A stretch of DNA of 64,000 bases, taken from NCBI GenBank assembly GCA_963827275.1, contig CAWHAA010000007.1:277020-341019 (forward strand), in the 5' to 3' direction. The DNA is from an uncultured Spirochaetota bacterium (GTDB taxonomy: Bacteria; Spirochaetota; UBA4802; UBA5550). Position 1 is the first letter of the stretch. Every line of letters starts with the position of its first letter. Below are positions 28,621 through 39,379 of this stretch, piece by piece. Made by a program: the position numbers and the translations under genes. The notes under the pieces are model-generated. The model ran no database searches and was not told where the DNA came from. It was given only the letters and a program-made list of their open reading frames with translations.

Positions 28621-30504
28621 GAGCCGTTGATCCAGACCGCTTTCACTGCCATTGCGCTGGCTGTTGCCGCCATACCCGAAGGTTTGCCTGCGGTAGTTAC
28701 GGTAACGCTGGCGCTGGGTATGCACCGCATGGCTGGTCAACGCGCCATCGTCAAGCGTCTTGCGGCCGTGGAAACGCTAGGGTGTACCACCGTAATATGC
28801 ACCGACAAGACCGGCACTTTGACGGTCAACCAAATGACCGCCCGGTCGCTTTTCTATAAAGGCCGGAGCTATAACGTGACGGGTGAAGGGTATCATGTGA
28901 GCGGGGAAATTGTGCCGGTCACGGACAACGATGCGCCTGCCGGCATGAGCGATTTATTGCTACCGCTGGCTTTGTGTAATAACAGCGAATTACAGGAAAA
29001 TAAGGTGTTGGGCGATCCGATGGAAGGCGCGTTGCTGGCGCTGGCCGCTAAAGGTGGAATGACCAAAAAGGAAGCTATTGCCCAACTGCCGCGTATGGCT
29101 GAAATCCCTTTTGATGCCGAACACAAATTCATGGCGACATTCCACCATCATGATGATGGCATGAAAATATTCATTAAGGGTGCGCCCGAAGTATTGCTTG
29201 ACCTATGTGGCTTCAATCTTGATGAACAGGGTAATACTGTGGCTATTCAAAAAGAGCGTATCCTGGAACACAATGCGGGCATGGCAAGTACCGGACTCCG
29301 GGTATTGGCTGTTGCCGTCACGCACATTAAGTTACCCCGGCAGGAAGAAGCTTCTAAAGAAATGGATTTAGCAGTAGTAAACGGTGATTTATTTAAATAT
29401 ATACAAGGACTTACCTTTGTCGCGCTGGTCGGCCTGATGGACCCGCCGAGAGCGGAAGCGCGTGAAGCTATCACGCTTTGTAAACAGGCAGGTATTGCCG
29501 TCAAGATGATTACCGGCGATCAAAAAATAACCGCAACGGCGATTGCCGGCGAATTGGGACTGACAGGCGACGTCATTGAAGGCGCGGAATTGGCTGCCAT
29601 GGATGACAACACCTTGGCCGCTTGTATCAATTCCATCTCAGTGTTCGCTCGCACTGCGCCCGAACAGAAAGTACGCATTATCAAAGCCTTAAAACTGGAT
29701 GGGCATATTGTCGCGATGACCGGCGATGGCGTCAACGATGCGCCGGCGCTCAAGAGCGCGGACATTGGCATAGCAATGGGTATCACCGGCACCGATGTTG
29801 CGCGGGAAGCGGCGGCCATGATTCTGACCGATGACAACTTCGCCACGATAGTTAAAGCTGTCAAGGAAGGCCGGGGTATTTACGAAAACATGATCAAATT
29901 TGTCCGTTTTCAGCTGTCCACCAATATCGGCGCAATTCTGACAGTAGCCGGCGCCCCCTTATTGGGTATGCCCGTACCGTTCACCGCCGTGCAATTGTTA
30001 TGGATAAACATCATTATGGATGGTCCGCCCGCGATGTCGCTAGGGGTTGACCCCATCAGCCCAGACAGCATGAACGAAGCGCCGCGTGATCCCGATGCGC
30101 GGATATTGTCATGGCGGCGCTTCGGTAATCTTTTTAGCTATGGCTTGACCATGGCTATCGGTACGCTGGGCGTTTTATTTTATGGCTTGAAGACCGGCGA
30201 AACCAGCCATGCCACTACGCTGGCTTTTAACACGTTTGTGCTGTTCCAGATCTTCAACGTTTTTAATGCCCGCTCGGAAAAAGGCAGCGCCTTTAATGGA
30301 CATTTCTTTGCCAATAAAATGTTCTGGCTGGCAATCGCCTCGGTGACGTTGCTACAAATACCCGTTATTCATTGGCCACCTGCTCAGTCCATATTCCATA
30401 CCACCGCATTAACACCCACGGATTGGATCATTGCAGCAGGTGTTGCGTCATCGGTATTAACTTTTGAGGAATTGCGTAAATTGTTATCGAGGCAAAAGCA
30501 TTAG
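28621..30504 (+). CDS. C-terminal two-thirds of a type II cation-transporting P-type ATPase; N-terminus, TM1-3 and A domain missing
   Basis: [31 protein letters not shown] are present; there is no TGES actuator motif. Confidence 0.9.
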   Translation, partial: EPLIQTAFTAIALAVAAIPEGLPAVVTVTLALGMHRMAGQRAIVKRLAAVETLGCTTVICTDKTGTLTVNQMTARSLFYKGRSYNVTGEGYHVSGEIVPVTDNDAPAGMSDLLLPLALCNNSELQENKVLGDPMEGALLALAAKGGMTKKEAIAQLPRMAEIPFDAEHKFMATFHHHDDGMKIFIKGAPEVLLDLCGFNLDEQGNTVAIQKERILEHNAGMASTGLRVLAVAVTHIKLPRQEEASKEMDLAVVNGDLFKYIQGLTFVALVGLMDPPRAEAREAITLCKQAGIAVKMITGDQKITATAIAGELGLTGDVIEGAELAAMDDNTLAACINSISVFARTAPEQKVRIIKALKLDGHIVAMTGDGVNDAPALKSADIGIAMGITGTDVAREAAAMILTDDNFATIVKAVKEGRGIYENMIKFVRFQLSTNIGAILTVAGAPLLGMPVPFTAVQLLWINIIMDGPPAMSLGVDPISPDSMNEAPRDPDARILSWRRFGNLFSYGLTMAIGTLGVLFYGLKTGETSHATTLAFNTFVLFQIFNVFNARSEKGSAFNGHFFANKMFWLAIASVTLLQIPVIHWPPAQSIFHTTALTPTDWIIAAGVASSVLTFEELRKLLSRQKH

Positions 30505-30562
30505 TGCATGTTACTTTGGAACGTGCATGAAATAACTTGAACATCTTACCCCCTCTCCCTCC

Positions 30563-31885
30563 CTTACAAGTGTAGGTTTTTTCACTCACCGCCTCCCGCC
30601 ACGCAATTAGCCAAAGGCGTTTCGTAGCTATCGGGCAGCCTGGGCCATGTTTCCGGTCGGCCAGGTTTAACGGGGAGAAGTTGATGGTTAAGCAAAGCTG
30701 CAATAATCAATGACCAACCGTGTTGGAAAATACCTATTATCCGCCAACGTTTTCCGCGTCGCCTTACCGCACCTGGAACCGAAGGTTCTTTGATGTCCAA
30801 GGGCGTGTCGGCTTGAGCTTCCGCTTCACCACCGACAGACAACAGCCACCACGTGGCTATAGCAATCGCCATCCATAATCGCTCTGCACGGGCCGGGTCA
30901 TCCATGCGCGTGTGTTGCCACTGCCAACCACTCCGTTTACTGTGTTTGAAGCCTTGTTCTATCCAGGCTCTCAAACCGTACCAGCAGGCATCTGCGCAGT
31001 CGGGAGCCAAATCGGTTAGCACCAGCCAAGGGTCTTGATGTTCTTCGCCCCAGTAGCCCAGCAGCGTGCAGCGCAATTGGCTTTTCTTGCCCTTAAATGC
31101 GGTTCCCCGTCCCTGCCAACGTCGGCCCTTGGCAGGCACCCAGTAGGAAAACGGCTTCCAGTGATACCAGCCTTCGCGACGAAACGTGCCTTGGCCGTTG
31201 ACACGCAGAAACGGATGCCATTTTAGTTCGACGATGGCTTCAAACAACCACTTCGCGTATAAGCCACGATCCGCCAACACAATGACTGTCCAGCCTTTGG
31301 GCACAAGACCTTTAAACCGCTTCAACAACGCCTTCCACTCCGGCTTCCAGGCGTGCTTCTCCTCGGCCTTTAAAACTTTCCAGGCAACGGGCACGGCACA
31401 ACCTCGATACACAACACTAATCGCCAGTACCACAAAACGATCCCCTAAACTCGTCGCATCCATGGCAATCGCTAACTGTTGACCCGACCAGCCATCCAGT
31501 AGCCACGCCAGCCAAGGTGCCCAACATTCGGTAACATCGAGTTCGACGCGCTTCTTTCCAGCTTTGGCGTCCGCTTCCCGGTAAGTATCGCGCAGTCTTT
31601 CACGCACCGTATTGTATGACTGCCCCATGAGCGGTGCCAACACATCCGCCACAGCGGTTAAACTGCACGAGCGGGCAATGACCATGCCGAAACTCCATAA
31701 CGCCAGGCCCATAGCCTGCGGCTTGCTAAGCGAGGGAAATCGCATGACAACGGTGTCGATCCATTGGTATAGTTCTGGGTGGCGAGACATGGCGGTACCT
31801 CCGGTAGATGGATGTTGATGACACTCATCAATTTACCGCAACTCCATGTCTTGTCACACTTTTTTAAAAAACCTACACTTGTAAG
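30563..31885 (-). mobile_element. Insertion sequence, IS4-like family, 1323 bp
   Basis: Perfect 20-bp inverted repeats cttacaagtgtaggtttttt / aaaaaacctacacttgtaag; flanking 10-bp direct repeat ctctccctcc / ttctccctcc (1 mismatch). Confidence 0.92.
30582..31790 (-). CDS. DDE transposase (IS4-like)
   Basis: 'IAMDAT', 'VLADRG', and 'YGLRAWIEQGFKHSK' (Y-x2-R-x3-E-x6-K signature). Confidence 0.9.
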   Translation of the reverse strand: MSRHPELYQWIDTVVMRFPSLSKPQAMGLALWSFGMVIARSCSLTAVADVLAPLMGQSYNTVRERLRDTYREADAKAGKKRVELDVTECWAPWLAWLLDGWSGQQLAIAMDATSLGDRFVVLAISVVYRGCAVPVAWKVLKAEEKHAWKPEWKALLKRFKGLVPKGWTVIVLADRGLYAKWLFEAIVELKWHPFLRVNGQGTFRREGWYHWKPFSYWVPAKGRRWQGRGTAFKGKKSQLRCTLLGYWGEEHQDPWLVLTDLAPDCADACWYGLRAWIEQGFKHSKRSGWQWQHTRMDDPARAERLWMAIAIATWWLLSVGGEAEAQADTPLDIKEPSVPGAVRRRGKRWRIIGIFQHGWSLIIAALLNHQLLPVKPGRPETWPRLPDSYETPLANCVAGGGE

Positions 31886-31950
31886 TTCTCCCTCCGGGAG
31901 AGGGCCGGGGAGAGGGGACATAAATAATCAAGTTATTTCATGCGCGTTCA

Positions 31951-34624
31951 TTATTTTGAATTTAGCGGTTCGTCTCGATAAATCCAGCCCCTGCGTCGCA
32001 TCCACTTCTCGATTTCCACCACAAAGAACACGACCGAAGAAAGCGCCAGACAAAACAGCAGTTCATTGCGGCTTAAGGCTTCGGTCTTGAAGATGGGCTG
32101 CAAGACTGGCACATAAAGCACCGCCATCTGCATACCAAAAGTCAACAGCACAGCGCCCAGGAGCGGCTTATTGGAAAACAGCCCCTGACTAAAGAGAGAT
32201 TCCCGTTCCGACCGGATCGCCAAGACATGCCCCATCTGTGATAAAGTCAGCACGGTGAACACCATGCTCTGCCAGTGAGTGGAACCGGTGAAATAAGCCC
32301 AGCCTTGGGAAAACAAAGAGACTCCACCCATCAGGAGGCCGATCCACAGGATGTGCTGCCACATACCTTGGGCAAAAATACTTTCCTGGGGTGGGCGAGG
32401 CGGGCGTTGCATGACGCCATGCTCTTCCGGTTCGACGGCCAAAGCCAGACCCGGCAAGACCATCGGTGACCAGATTGATCCAGAGAATGTGGATGGGCAG
32501 CAAAGGGATCGGCAATCCCAAAAAGGGTGCCAGAAACAGCGTCCATATCTCCGCCGAGTTACTGGTCATGGTGTATTTGATGAATTTGCGGATATTGTCA
32601 AAAATCCGCCGTCCTTCCCGCACTGAAGTCACGATGGTCGCGAAATTATCATCCAGCAACACCATGTGTGACGCTTCTCTTGCCACGTCCGTGCCGATTT
32701 TTCCCATGGCGATGCCGATATTGGCGGAGCTGAGCGCCGGCGCATCGTTGACGCCGTCCCCGGTCATCGCCACAAATTCTCCCTGGTCCTGCAGTGCCTT
32801 GACGATCATGATCTTCTGCTCCGGTGCGACCCGAGCATAAACACGCACTTCTTCGACCTGTTTCTTGAACTCTTCAAGACTCATGTCGCGCCAGTTCCGG
32901 CCCCGTCAGCACCTTGCTGCCGGCATCGGCAATACCAACCCGCATGGCAATAGCCCGGGCGGTTGCCGGGTGATCGCCGGTGATCATGACCGGTTTAATA
33001 CCGGCGCTCTTGCACAGTTCCACCGACTTCCCTGGCCTCCGGCCTGGGCGGGTCCATGAGCCCTACCAAACCCAGAAAGCACAGTTCGCTTTCGATCACG
33101 TCGGCAGTCAGCGTTTGTGGGTCGCTCAGGGAATTGACGGTAGGCCAGAGCCAGCACGCGCAGTCCATCGGCGGCCATTTGATCTGGCGACCGCCAGTAT
33201 CTTCTTGCTTTCTAAGGGTTGTGTGGCGGTCGCCGGCCCATAGACTGACGCAACGCGGCAGCAGAGCCTCGGGCGCGCCTTTGGCGTAAGCGATGAACAC
33301 GCCATTTTCCTGATGAAGCGTGGTCATGAGCTTACGCTCGGAGTCGAAAGGGATTTCATCCAGCCGAGGCGCTTTTTTGGCAAGCTCCGTGCCTTCGTAG
33401 CCCGCGCTTCCGGCCGCTTCGTACAAGGCGATCTCGGTTGGATCGCCCAGCAATTGACCGTTCTGGTCGCGGCGGGCATCATTGTTCAGGGCGAGCGCCC
33501 GCAACAGCCGGGGCGGAAAGTCAGGGGTGATGCCTTCCTTTAAGAGACCGTCGACATAAAACATTTCGGCGTGCATGCGGTTTTGCGTCAGCGTGCCGGT
33601 CTTGTCCGAGCAGATAAAGGTCACCGAGCCCAAGGTTTCCACTGCGGGCAGGCGCCGGATCAGGGCGTTCTTCTTGACCATCCTGCGTGCGCCCAAAGCC
33701 AGGGAAACCGTGGCTACGGCAGGCAGAGCCTCGGGGATGGCGGCCACGGCCAGGCTGATGGCGGTCATAAACATCAATAGGGGCGGTTCACCACGCAGCA
33801 CGCCGACCACGAAAAGGATGGCGCAGATGGCTAAAACCAATAAAGCCAAACGCTGGCCGAAACGTGGCCAGGCGCTGTTGCAACGGGGTCTTGCTTTCTT
33901 TTTCCTGGCGCAGGAGTTCGGCGATTTTACCGAGTTCAGTGTCCATCCCCGTGGCAATGACCACGCCGACGCCACGGCCATAGGTTGCGATAGTCCCTTT
34001 GTAAGCCATGTTGCGCCGGTCGCCGAGTGGCGAATCCAGCTCCCGTATGAGAGCCCCCGACTTTTCGACCGGCAGGGATTCGCCGGTTAGCGCGGCTTCC
34101 TCCACCTTCAGGCGTGTGACATCCAACAGTTTCAAATCGGCCGGAACGACATTGCCGGCCTCGAGCATGACCAGATCGCCGGGGACCAGCTTCTGCGCCG
34201 CTATGGTTTGGATTTTTCCCTCCCGTAACACCTGTGCGGTAGGACTGGCCAGCCGCTTGAGCGCAGCCACTGCCCTTTCCGCACGGTATTCCTGGACAAA
34301 ACCAATGATGGCGTTCAATACGACGATCACGATGATGGCAATCTCATCCGTCACATCGCCGATTAACCCCGATACAATGGCAGCCATGATCAGCACGATG
34401 ATCATGAAATCGGCGAATTGCCCGAAAAACATCCGAATGGGTCCTCGCCGTTGCTGCTCCCGGATGGCGTTCGGTCCGTGGGCCGAGAGTCGATCTTCCA
34501 CTTCCTCGCGGCTCAAGCCTTTTTCAGGATCGACCTTGAGCCACGCGGTCGTCTGCCAAGGCTCCAGGAGATGCCATGGCGGCGTGGAAAGTTGGCTTTT
34601 AGGGGGCTTTTGTCGTTTTGTCAT
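31951..34624 (-). CDS. Type II cation-transporting P-type ATPase, split by several frameshifts
   Basis: [35 protein letters not shown] and WINLVTDG occur in order across ORFs 33788..34624, 32995..33981, 32984..33178, 32189..32884 and 31951..32463. Confidence 0.85.
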
Positions 34625-34942
34625 GGCTTGAACTCGTGAAAAATGGACACTGCTGGAATCTTATAAGATATAAACGCATAGAGTCAATGCAACACGGCTT
34701 AAAAAATTACAGGGTATCAGTTTGCGTCTACTAGAACAAAACAGAGGCTATTCAGTAAAAACATTTAACAGGTTAACGCATGAAAAAGGTTAATATATCA
34801 AAGTGGTGAATAAAAAATTACCTGGGTGAGATAGCCATAAATGGGGGTAATAATACATCCATCATCGCGTTAGACCCTATCATTCAGCTTACTCTAAATA
34901 TGAGTGCAATGTCTCAATTGTTACTGGAATTACACCTGAAAT

Positions 34943-36265
34943 ATGAATAATCTTTTCCTGATTATTGTCGCGATAGTGCTGGTTGCGCTCAATGGCTTTT
35001 TTGTGGCGGCAGAATTTGGTCTCGTCAAACTGCGGCAGACACGGATTCGCGAGATTGCCAAGACAAAAGGCTGGCGCGGCCGCATCCTGGCGAAAGTACA
35101 CGCAAAACTCGATGCCTATTTATCCGCTTGCCAGTTGGGTATTACGCTGGCTTCACTGGGCTTGGGCTGGGTCGGGGAACCTGCCTTCGCCGGCCTGCTG
35201 GAGCCCGTATTTGTCAGGTTTGGGGTGACCTCGCCGGAATTGGTACACGGCATTTCCTTCGCGTTCGCTTTTACTATCATCTCGTTTCTGCATATTGTCG
35301 TCGGTGAGCTGGCGCCGAAATCCATGGCGATTCGTAATCCTGAACGGATCGGGTTAATGAGCGCCGCGCCCCTCTATGGTTTTTATTGGCTGATGTACCC
35401 CGCCATCTGGTTGCTCAACTCCAGCGCCAACCTGGTCCTGAGGGTATGTGGTTTGGGCAATGTCCATAGTCACGATGCGCATTATTCCGCCGATGAACTC
35501 AAACTGATTTTGCGCGGCAAGGACCAGGATGACCGGTTTACCCGCGATGAATGGAATATCCTGGCAAAATCGCTCGATTTCAGCGAACTGGAAGTGTCCG
35601 ACCTGATGCGCCCAATCCAGGAAATTACCGCGTTGCACCGCTCCCTGTCTTTGCAGGCAAACCTGAAAACGGTCTACGCCAAACGCTTCAGCCGTTATCC
35701 TTATTTCGACACCAACGGTATTGATGTGCTGGGGGTGATCCATTTGAAGGATTTGTTTTTTGCCCAGCAGGAAGGCAGGGCCATTGAAGATTTGCATAAA
35801 TACCTGCGGCCGATCCAGTATATTTCACCGGATACCCCCGCACTGGAACTATTCCGTCATTTTCGTATGGGCGCCGCGCATTTTGCCGTCATCGGACAAA
35901 AAGGGCAAAAGCCGGAAGGCTTCATCACGCTGGATAATTTATTAAGCGCCATGGTCGGCGAGATACGCGACGAGTTCCGTCAAAACATCAATGACTGGTC
36001 CCGGCTCGATGACGGTACGTTGCTGGTCAAAGGCAGTCTGCCGATATTCTCGCTGGAACGGATACTGGGAATCGATATTGAAAACGAAGAACTCGAATTG
36101 GAAGACGAGGTCTCAATCGGCGGGCTGATCATGTCGAAGCTACAGGATATTCCCGTAGAAGGCCAGAAAATAGAATTCAATCAATTCGATATCATCGTCA
36201 AAAAAATGAATGGTCCACGAACTCTCTTTGTTCAAGTTTACCCTGATAAAATCAGCGATTTTTAA
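34943..36265 (+). CDS. HlyC/CorC (CNNM-CBS-CorC) family transporter
   Basis: 'NGFFVAAEF', 'CQLGITLASLGLG', 'GELAPKS', CBS pair, CorC C-terminus. Confidence 0.9.
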   Translation: MNNLFLIIVAIVLVALNGFFVAAEFGLVKLRQTRIREIAKTKGWRGRILAKVHAKLDAYLSACQLGITLASLGLGWVGEPAFAGLLEPVFVRFGVTSPELVHGISFAFAFTIISFLHIVVGELAPKSMAIRNPERIGLMSAAPLYGFYWLMYPAIWLLNSSANLVLRVCGLGNVHSHDAHYSADELKLILRGKDQDDRFTRDEWNILAKSLDFSELEVSDLMRPIQEITALHRSLSLQANLKTVYAKRFSRYPYFDTNGIDVLGVIHLKDLFFAQQEGRAIEDLHKYLRPIQYISPDTPALELFRHFRMGAAHFAVIGQKGQKPEGFITLDNLLSAMVGEIRDEFRQNINDWSRLDDGTLLVKGSLPIFSLERILGIDIENEELELEDEVSIGGLIMSKLQDIPVEGQKIEFNQFDIIVKKMNGPRTLFVQVYPDKISDF

Positions 36266-36377
36266 AAGCGTACCACATTCTTTGTCTCAGTAGGCTGAAT
36301 AGCTTATGGCTTAGGATGGCTTGCGCTGAACGTATAAGCTAAACTAGATCGACTTATCATTTTATTGGAGTGCGCTC

Positions 36378-37751
36378 ATGACGCAAACGTATCGCGTGGA
36401 AGCGCTTGCATTACATCAAGTAGGCGTATTCGACGAAGTTTCTATCGAATTTAAGCCCATAGTATCCACGGAACGGGATGCCGAGAAAGCGGAAATTCAT
36501 TTGTTTACCGGGCCGAACGGCTGTGGAAAAAGTACCTTGTTGTATGCGCTGGCGGAGATTTTTGACGCATACAATAGCAATAGTCTTATTCTCCGCAGGT
36601 TTCGCGGTCCGGAAAGTTCTGTGGATTTCCTTTTCAGAGGGCAAGCGGGCAAATATGGTGTGCGACATTCAAATTTAGTAAGTCCAAGTTCAAACCGCTA
36701 TGGAAATTTTTTGATCGCCAATTACGAACCATCAAATGGTCGTTTTTTTGGTTACGGCAAAAAGAGTTTTGAAGAAAACGGGTTAAGTTTATGGAAGCAA
36801 AATACGGATATTTCTAATCCATACAATCTCCATCCCATGACTCGCTTCAAGTATGCCGCCTTTGCCTATTCCGGCCAAAGGACACTACGCGACACACCGC
36901 TGTACGCAATCCAGCAAATCACCACCTCGCCTTTTGACGCCGCGCTGTCTTTCGACGGCAGTATCCGGCCCCAGATTTTATTGCAATGGATAGCCAACAA
37001 TCGTACCCAATCCGCCCTGGCAAAAGCGGACAAGGATGACAAAGCCGCCCAGACCTACGATCTGGCGCTGAACAGAATCACCACATTAATTCGCGACATT
37101 TGCGACCTGGAACTGGAATTTCGCCTGGAACGCTCGCCGCTGGCGGTGACCGTGCGAGTGAATGGTGACACGCTCCATTTCGACAGCCTGCCCGTCGGTT
37201 TAAAATCCATTATCAGCTGGGTAGCGGATTTGTCGCTACGTCTGGAAGCCATTCCCTGGCAGGAAGAGCGTGACATTTTTTCCCAGAACATTATTTTGCT
37301 GCTGGATGAGGTGGATATTCATCTGCATCCCAAATGGCAACGGCGGATTTTACCCGCGATTCAAACCCTGTTGCCCAACGCCCAGATTTTTGTATCGACG
37401 CATTCGCCGTTTGTCGTGGGATCGGTGGAAGATGCCTGGATTTATCGCTTGCCGGAACCGGCTCAGGGTAACGGCATTATCGAAGGTATACCGTCAGGTG
37501 CCGGAAAAAGTTACCGGCTTATTCTGGATGAAATCTTTGGTGTCGATGAGGAATTTGATGTCGAGACCGAAGCACTATTCGATAAATTCTACCAGCTTAG
37601 AGAACTATTCATGAAGGATCAGCAATCGCCGGAAGTCTTGCTGGAAACTGCCGCCAAGCTGTCTGCACGTGGCGATGAGGCAGCCCAGATCGTCAGCCGA
37701 GAACTGCGCCAAATTGCCAGGGTGACCGGACAGGAGCTGAATCTTGCGTAA
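36378..37751 (+). CDS. AAA_21/ABC-type ATPase, PtuA-like
   Basis: Walker A GPNGCGKS, signature variant LPVG, Walker B LLLDEVDIHLHPKWQ, H-loop STHSP. Confidence 0.85.
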   Translation: MTQTYRVEALALHQVGVFDEVSIEFKPIVSTERDAEKAEIHLFTGPNGCGKSTLLYALAEIFDAYNSNSLILRRFRGPESSVDFLFRGQAGKYGVRHSNLVSPSSNRYGNFLIANYEPSNGRFFGYGKKSFEENGLSLWKQNTDISNPYNLHPMTRFKYAAFAYSGQRTLRDTPLYAIQQITTSPFDAALSFDGSIRPQILLQWIANNRTQSALAKADKDDKAAQTYDLALNRITTLIRDICDLELEFRLERSPLAVTVRVNGDTLHFDSLPVGLKSIISWVADLSLRLEAIPWQEERDIFSQNIILLLDEVDIHLHPKWQRRILPAIQTLLPNAQIFVSTHSPFVVGSVEDAWIYRLPEPAQGNGIIEGIPSGAGKSYRLILDEIFGVDEEFDVETEALFDKFYQLRELFMKDQQSPEVLLETAAKLSARGDEAAQIVSRELRQIARVTGQELNLA

Positions 37752-38112
37752 ACTCGATAGGTGCTCGCAACCGGACTGTTTGGAAACCAATGCCGTTAAA
37801 TGGACGGAAGCCTTCGTTACAACTCGTCAGCAAAATCCCAAGCATCGATTTAGTTGGCCCAAGCCGGACTGCTATAAAGCGGTTCGAAAACACTTATCGG
37901 AGATGAACCAGGCTCATTGCGCTTTCTGCGATGGACAAATAGGCACTGAAAGCAGGGAAACAGTTGAACATTTTCGTCCAAAAAGCCGGTTTCCAGGTTT
38001 TGCGTATCTATGGGATAACTTGTTTCCTTGTTGCGATATGTGTCAATCGCAAAAACGTGAACAGTTTGATGACTATAACTACCGTTTTTTCCTGGACGAT
38101 AACCAAGCATGA
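37744..38112 (+). CDS. HNH endonuclease, PtuB/TIGR02646-like, apparently internally deleted
   Basis: 'HCAFCD', 'VEHFRPKS', 'WDNLFPCCDMCQSQK'; TTG start with RBS AGGAG overlaps the ATPase stop; only 122 aa. Confidence 0.8.
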   Translation: MRKLDRCSQPDCLETNAVKWTEAFVTTRQQNPKHRFSWPKPDCYKAVRKHLSEMNQAHCAFCDGQIGTESRETVEHFRPKSRFPGFAYLWDNLFPCCDMCQSQKREQFDDYNYRFFLDDNQA

Positions 38113-38125
38113 AACCGGACGACTG

Positions 38126-39361
38126 ATGACGCAAGGAGAAAACGAAGAAGAAAGTAGAGGGCGATTCCGCTGGAAAACAGGGATAGCAATCATCCTGTCG
38201 CTTGCGGTAGCGGTCTATTTAATCAAGCTGATCAGTCCTCAGCCGGAAGACGATCATAAAAAACCGGAAAAATTCGCCGATTCTGTTGTCGCGGTTGCCG
38301 CTGTTGCTGCGACGCAGGGCGATTTCCCGGTTTACCTGACCGGTTTGGGAACCGTTACTGCGCTGCGCACGGTCACGGTAAGATCACGGGTTGACGGGGA
38401 ACTTATCCGTATCGCTTTCAAGGAAGGTCAAATGGTGCAGCAGGGCGATCTCCTGGCTGAAATCGACCCGCGCGCCTTCCAGGTACAGCTTATGCAAGCC
38501 GAAGGCCAGTTGCTCCGGGATGAAGCGCTGTTGAAAAACGCCCAGACTGACCTGATTCGCTACAAAACCCTGCTGGCGCAGGATTCCATCGCGGCACAAG
38601 AGAGCGTGACCCAGGAATCACTGGTCAATCAATATAAGGGGACTGTAGCAATAGATCGTGGACTGGTTGCAAACGCCAAGCTCCAATTGAGCTATACGCG
38701 CATCACGGCGCCGATTTCCGGGCGTCTGGGCTTACGCCTGGTCGATCAAGGCAATATGGTGAAGGCTTCCGATGCCAACGGCCTCGTCGTCATCACGCAA
38801 ATTCAGCCTATTGCGGTGGTGTTTACCTTGCCCGAGGATGATTTACAGGCCGTGATGAAGCCGTTTCGTTCCGGTAAGGGCCTGACACTTGACGCGTATG
38901 ACCGTAGAGGCGAGGTCAAGCTTGCCGAGGGGCAACTGGTGGCGGTGGACAATCAAATTGACACCAGTACCGGAACCGTCAAGCTTAAAGGCCAGTTTGC
39001 CAATGAAGACGGCGCTTTGTTTGCAAACCAGTTTGTTAATATCAAGATGCTGATGGATACTCTGCGTTCGGTAACGGTCATACCCACCGCAGCCATTCAA
39101 AGAGGGACAACGGGGCCTTTCGTTTATGTGGTCAAGGCCGATCAGACGGTGAGCGTGCATCCGGTGACTGTAGGCCCGGCGGCGGATGAACAGGTTGTTG
39201 TGCTGGCAGGTCTCCTACCTGATGAAGTGGTCGTAGTGGATGGTGCCGACAAGCTGCGTGAAGGGATGAAGGTTAAGCTGATCACTCGAGAATCAGCGGC
39301 TTCTTCTGGAGAAGCGCTCTCCCAGCAGAGCAATAAAATCCATCAGGACAAGAACCAATAA
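38126..39361 (+). CDS. mdtA: RND efflux membrane fusion protein MdtA
   Basis: 'VTVRSRVDGEL', 'ITAPISGRLGLRLVD.GN', 'DNQIDTSTGTVKLK'; likely start MTQGEN at 38126. Confidence 0.85.
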   Translation: MTQGENEEESRGRFRWKTGIAIILSLAVAVYLIKLISPQPEDDHKKPEKFADSVVAVAAVAATQGDFPVYLTGLGTVTALRTVTVRSRVDGELIRIAFKEGQMVQQGDLLAEIDPRAFQVQLMQAEGQLLRDEALLKNAQTDLIRYKTLLAQDSIAAQESVTQESLVNQYKGTVAIDRGLVANAKLQLSYTRITAPISGRLGLRLVDQGNMVKASDANGLVVITQIQPIAVVFTLPEDDLQAVMKPFRSGKGLTLDAYDRRGEVKLAEGQLVAVDNQIDTSTGTVKLKGQFANEDGALFANQFVNIKMLMDTLRSVTVIPTAAIQRGTTGPFVYVVKADQTVSVHPVTVGPAADEQVVVLAGLLPDEVVVVDGADKLREGMKVKLITRESAASSGEALSQQSNKIHQDKNQ

Positions 39362-39379
39362 CCCTGGAAAAGCAGTTGG

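Larger units (their letters stand above)
30519..31949. repeat. MITE-like element (about 98 bp when empty) with 22-bp terminal inverted repeats, enclosing a CCCTCTCCC/GGGAGAGGG palindrome interrupted by an IS
   Basis: gaacgtgcatgaaataacttga (30519-40) versus tcaagttatttcatgcgcgttc (31928-49): 21/22 complementary. Confidence 0.7.

Noticed and set aside
28234..30504. Novel FecR-P-type ATPase fusion protein
   Set aside because: Both halves are truncated, the ATPase lacks its actuator domain, and the fusion point coincides with the apparent genome switch.
36300..36341. Retron msr-msd ncRNA upstream of the PtuA-like gene (inverted repeat tagcttat/ataagcta)
   Set aside because: The stem is only 8-9 bp, the spacer is short, and no reverse transcriptase is present in the window.
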